From Mobula hypostoma (lineage: Eukaryota): a stretch of DNA of 64,000 nt. The notes beneath the pieces were generated by a model. The model was not told the DNA's origin. It searched no databases and saw only the letters and a program-made list of their open reading frames with translations. Positions within the stretch are counted from its first letter, which is position 1; each line of letters opens with the position of its first letter. The stretch is from the NCBI RefSeq assembly GCF_963921235.1, contig NC_086097.1, positions 219,420,001-219,484,000 on the forward strand, read 5' to 3'. Shown here in pieces: positions 62,090 to 64,000 of this stretch. Both the position numbers and the translations under genes were made by a program.

Positions 62090-64000
62090 GGATGTCTTTA
62101 GAAGAGAGCCAAACCTTCTGACCAGGTCGATAATTGGGTGCAGGAATTCGATGGCGATCGGCAATCCTCTGGTTGCGGTCAGTTGAGCGGAGCAGGGCCA
62201 TGCGTGCATCCTGCCAGATCTTGCGGCACTGGCGGAGATGGCCTGAACTGAAGGCACAGCAATTTCGTCTTCATGGGCAGGAAACAGAGGGGGTTGGTAA
62301 CTGAGGGAGCATTCGAAGGGAGACATTCTGGTGGTGGTGCTGGGTAGGGAGTTGTGGGCGTACTCCACCCAAGTGAGATGGGTGCTCCAGGATGACGGGT
62401 TGTTGGTGGTTATGCAGCGCAGTGCTGCTTCCAAATCCTGGTTTGCTTGTTCCATTTGACCATTAGTCTGTGAATGGAAACCAGAAGACAGACTTTCTGA
62501 GGCTCCAAGGGCTTGACAAAAGAATCTCCAGACTTGAGAGATGAATTGGTGGCCCCGGTCATAAATGATGTCAGAGGGAATTCCATGAAGGCAGAAGACG
62601 TGACGGACAAGGAGGTTGGCTGTTTCACGGGCTGTAGGGAGTTTGGGAAGGGCTACAAAGTGCACGGCTTTGGAGAAACGGTCCACCACGGTGAGTACAG
62701 CAGTGTTCCCATGTAAAGGGGGTAGTCCAGTAACGAAATCCAGAGCAATGTGAGACCAAGGGAGGCTAGGGACAGGTAGGGGACAAAGCAACCCAGCAGG
62801 TGGTCGGTGGGAGGCATTTCCACGAGCACACACAGAACAGGCAGAGACGAAAGAGCGAGTGTCAGCATCCATGGAGGGTCACCAGAAATGTCACTTCAGA
62901 AGGGACAGAGTTCGATCGATTCCAGGATGGCAGGCGAAACGAGAAGTATGCCCCCACTGGAGAATCTGAGACTGAACAGAGTCAGGCACAAAGAGGGGAC
63001 TGGGGGGTCCATTGCCTGGGTCAGGTTGAGTCCATTGGGCCTCTTTGACTATGGATTCCATTTCCCAGGTGAGGGCAGCCACCACGCAACCCTCCTCAGA
63101 GACATATTGATGGGACAGAGCATCAGGCTTCCTATTCTTGGAACCAGGAGGATAGGTGAGTGTGAATCTGAAATGGCCAAAAAATAATGCCCAGCGGGAT
63201 TGGCGGGAATTGGCGTTTGGCGGTTTGGATGTATGCGAGCTTCTTGTGGTCCGTCCAGATAATGAATGGATGGTCAGCTCCCTCCAGCCAGTGCCTCCAC
63301 TCCTCCAGAGCGAGTCTGATGGCTAACAACGCCCGGTTCCCAACATCGCAGTTCTGTTTGGCAGGGGATAGATGGCGAGCGAAGAAGGCGCAGGGATGGA
63401 GCTTTTGGTCTGGGATGGAGCGTTGGGAGAGGACCGCTCCCACCCCAGAGTCGGAGGCGTCGACTTCCACAATGAATTGGCGAGAGGGGTCAGGTTGGAC
63501 CAGGATAGGAGCGGAGGTGAAACATCTCTTCAGCTCCGAGAAGGCTGAGTCCACTTCAGGGTCCCAGTGAAAAGGGGTTACAGGAGAGGTGAGTCGAGTA
63601 AAGGGTGCTGCCACCCAGCTGTAAACCCTAATGAAGTGACGGTAGAAGTTTGCAAACCCCAGAAATCGCTGGAGTTGTTTGAGCACTGTGGGTTTTGGCC
63701 ACTCTGCCACCACCCGGATCTTTTCGGGATCCGCCCTCACTTGCCCGCTCTCAATGACGTACCCCAGGAAACTGACAGAACGGACATGGAATTTGCACTT
63801 CTCTGTCTTAATGAATAGCTTGTTCTCCAAAAGCCTCTGAAGAACCTGACAGACTTGGTGAGTGTGTTCCTGAAGACTATGGGAGAAGATTAAGATGATG
63901 TCCAAGTAAACAAAAATGAAACGGTTAATAAAGTCCCTAAGGACATCGTTTACCAGGGCTTGGAAGACGGTGGGGGCATTGGTGAGACCAAATGGCATGA

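Larger units (their letters stand above)
60946..64000 (-). mobile_element. Chromovirus-type (sushi-like) Ty3/Gypsy element, 3' part, decayed; continues beyond the window
   Basis: [11 protein letters not shown]; RNase H EVDAS; integrase [13 protein letters not shown] and QTNGQME; chromodomain [16 protein letters not shown] at about 61580-61645; PPT at 61492-61506. Confidence 0.9.

Overview
Repeat-dense eukaryotic (vertebrate) non-genic DNA. The repeat set (CR1 LINEs with (TTCTATG)n-type tails, Rex1/Babar-like tails, V-SINE-like and Penelope-derived elements) suggests a cartilaginous fish, probably a ray; this is an inference. I recognise no host exon, rRNA, tRNA gene or CRISPR array. Contents: many nested CR1 LINEs, two tandem R4/Dong-like REL-endonuclease LINEs at (TAA)n sites, Penelope fragments and palindromic Penelope derivatives with minimal hammerhead ribozyme motifs and 13-bp TSDs, tRNA-headed SINEs, a TIR element carrying a GA-rich minisatellite, and two Ty3/Gypsy loci. 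The most unusual structure is the 7.1-kb Gypsy insertion at 45664-52764. It is one TSD-flanked insertion made of two divergent Gypsy arms joined head-to-head, so both termini are LTR 3' ends. Its minus-strand arm carries collinear, intron-less myosin-II heavy-chain rod fragments fused in frame to the pol C-terminal tail, an apparent host-gene capture by an LTR retroelement. Family names come from motif recognition, not database searches, and boundaries of old fragments are approximate.
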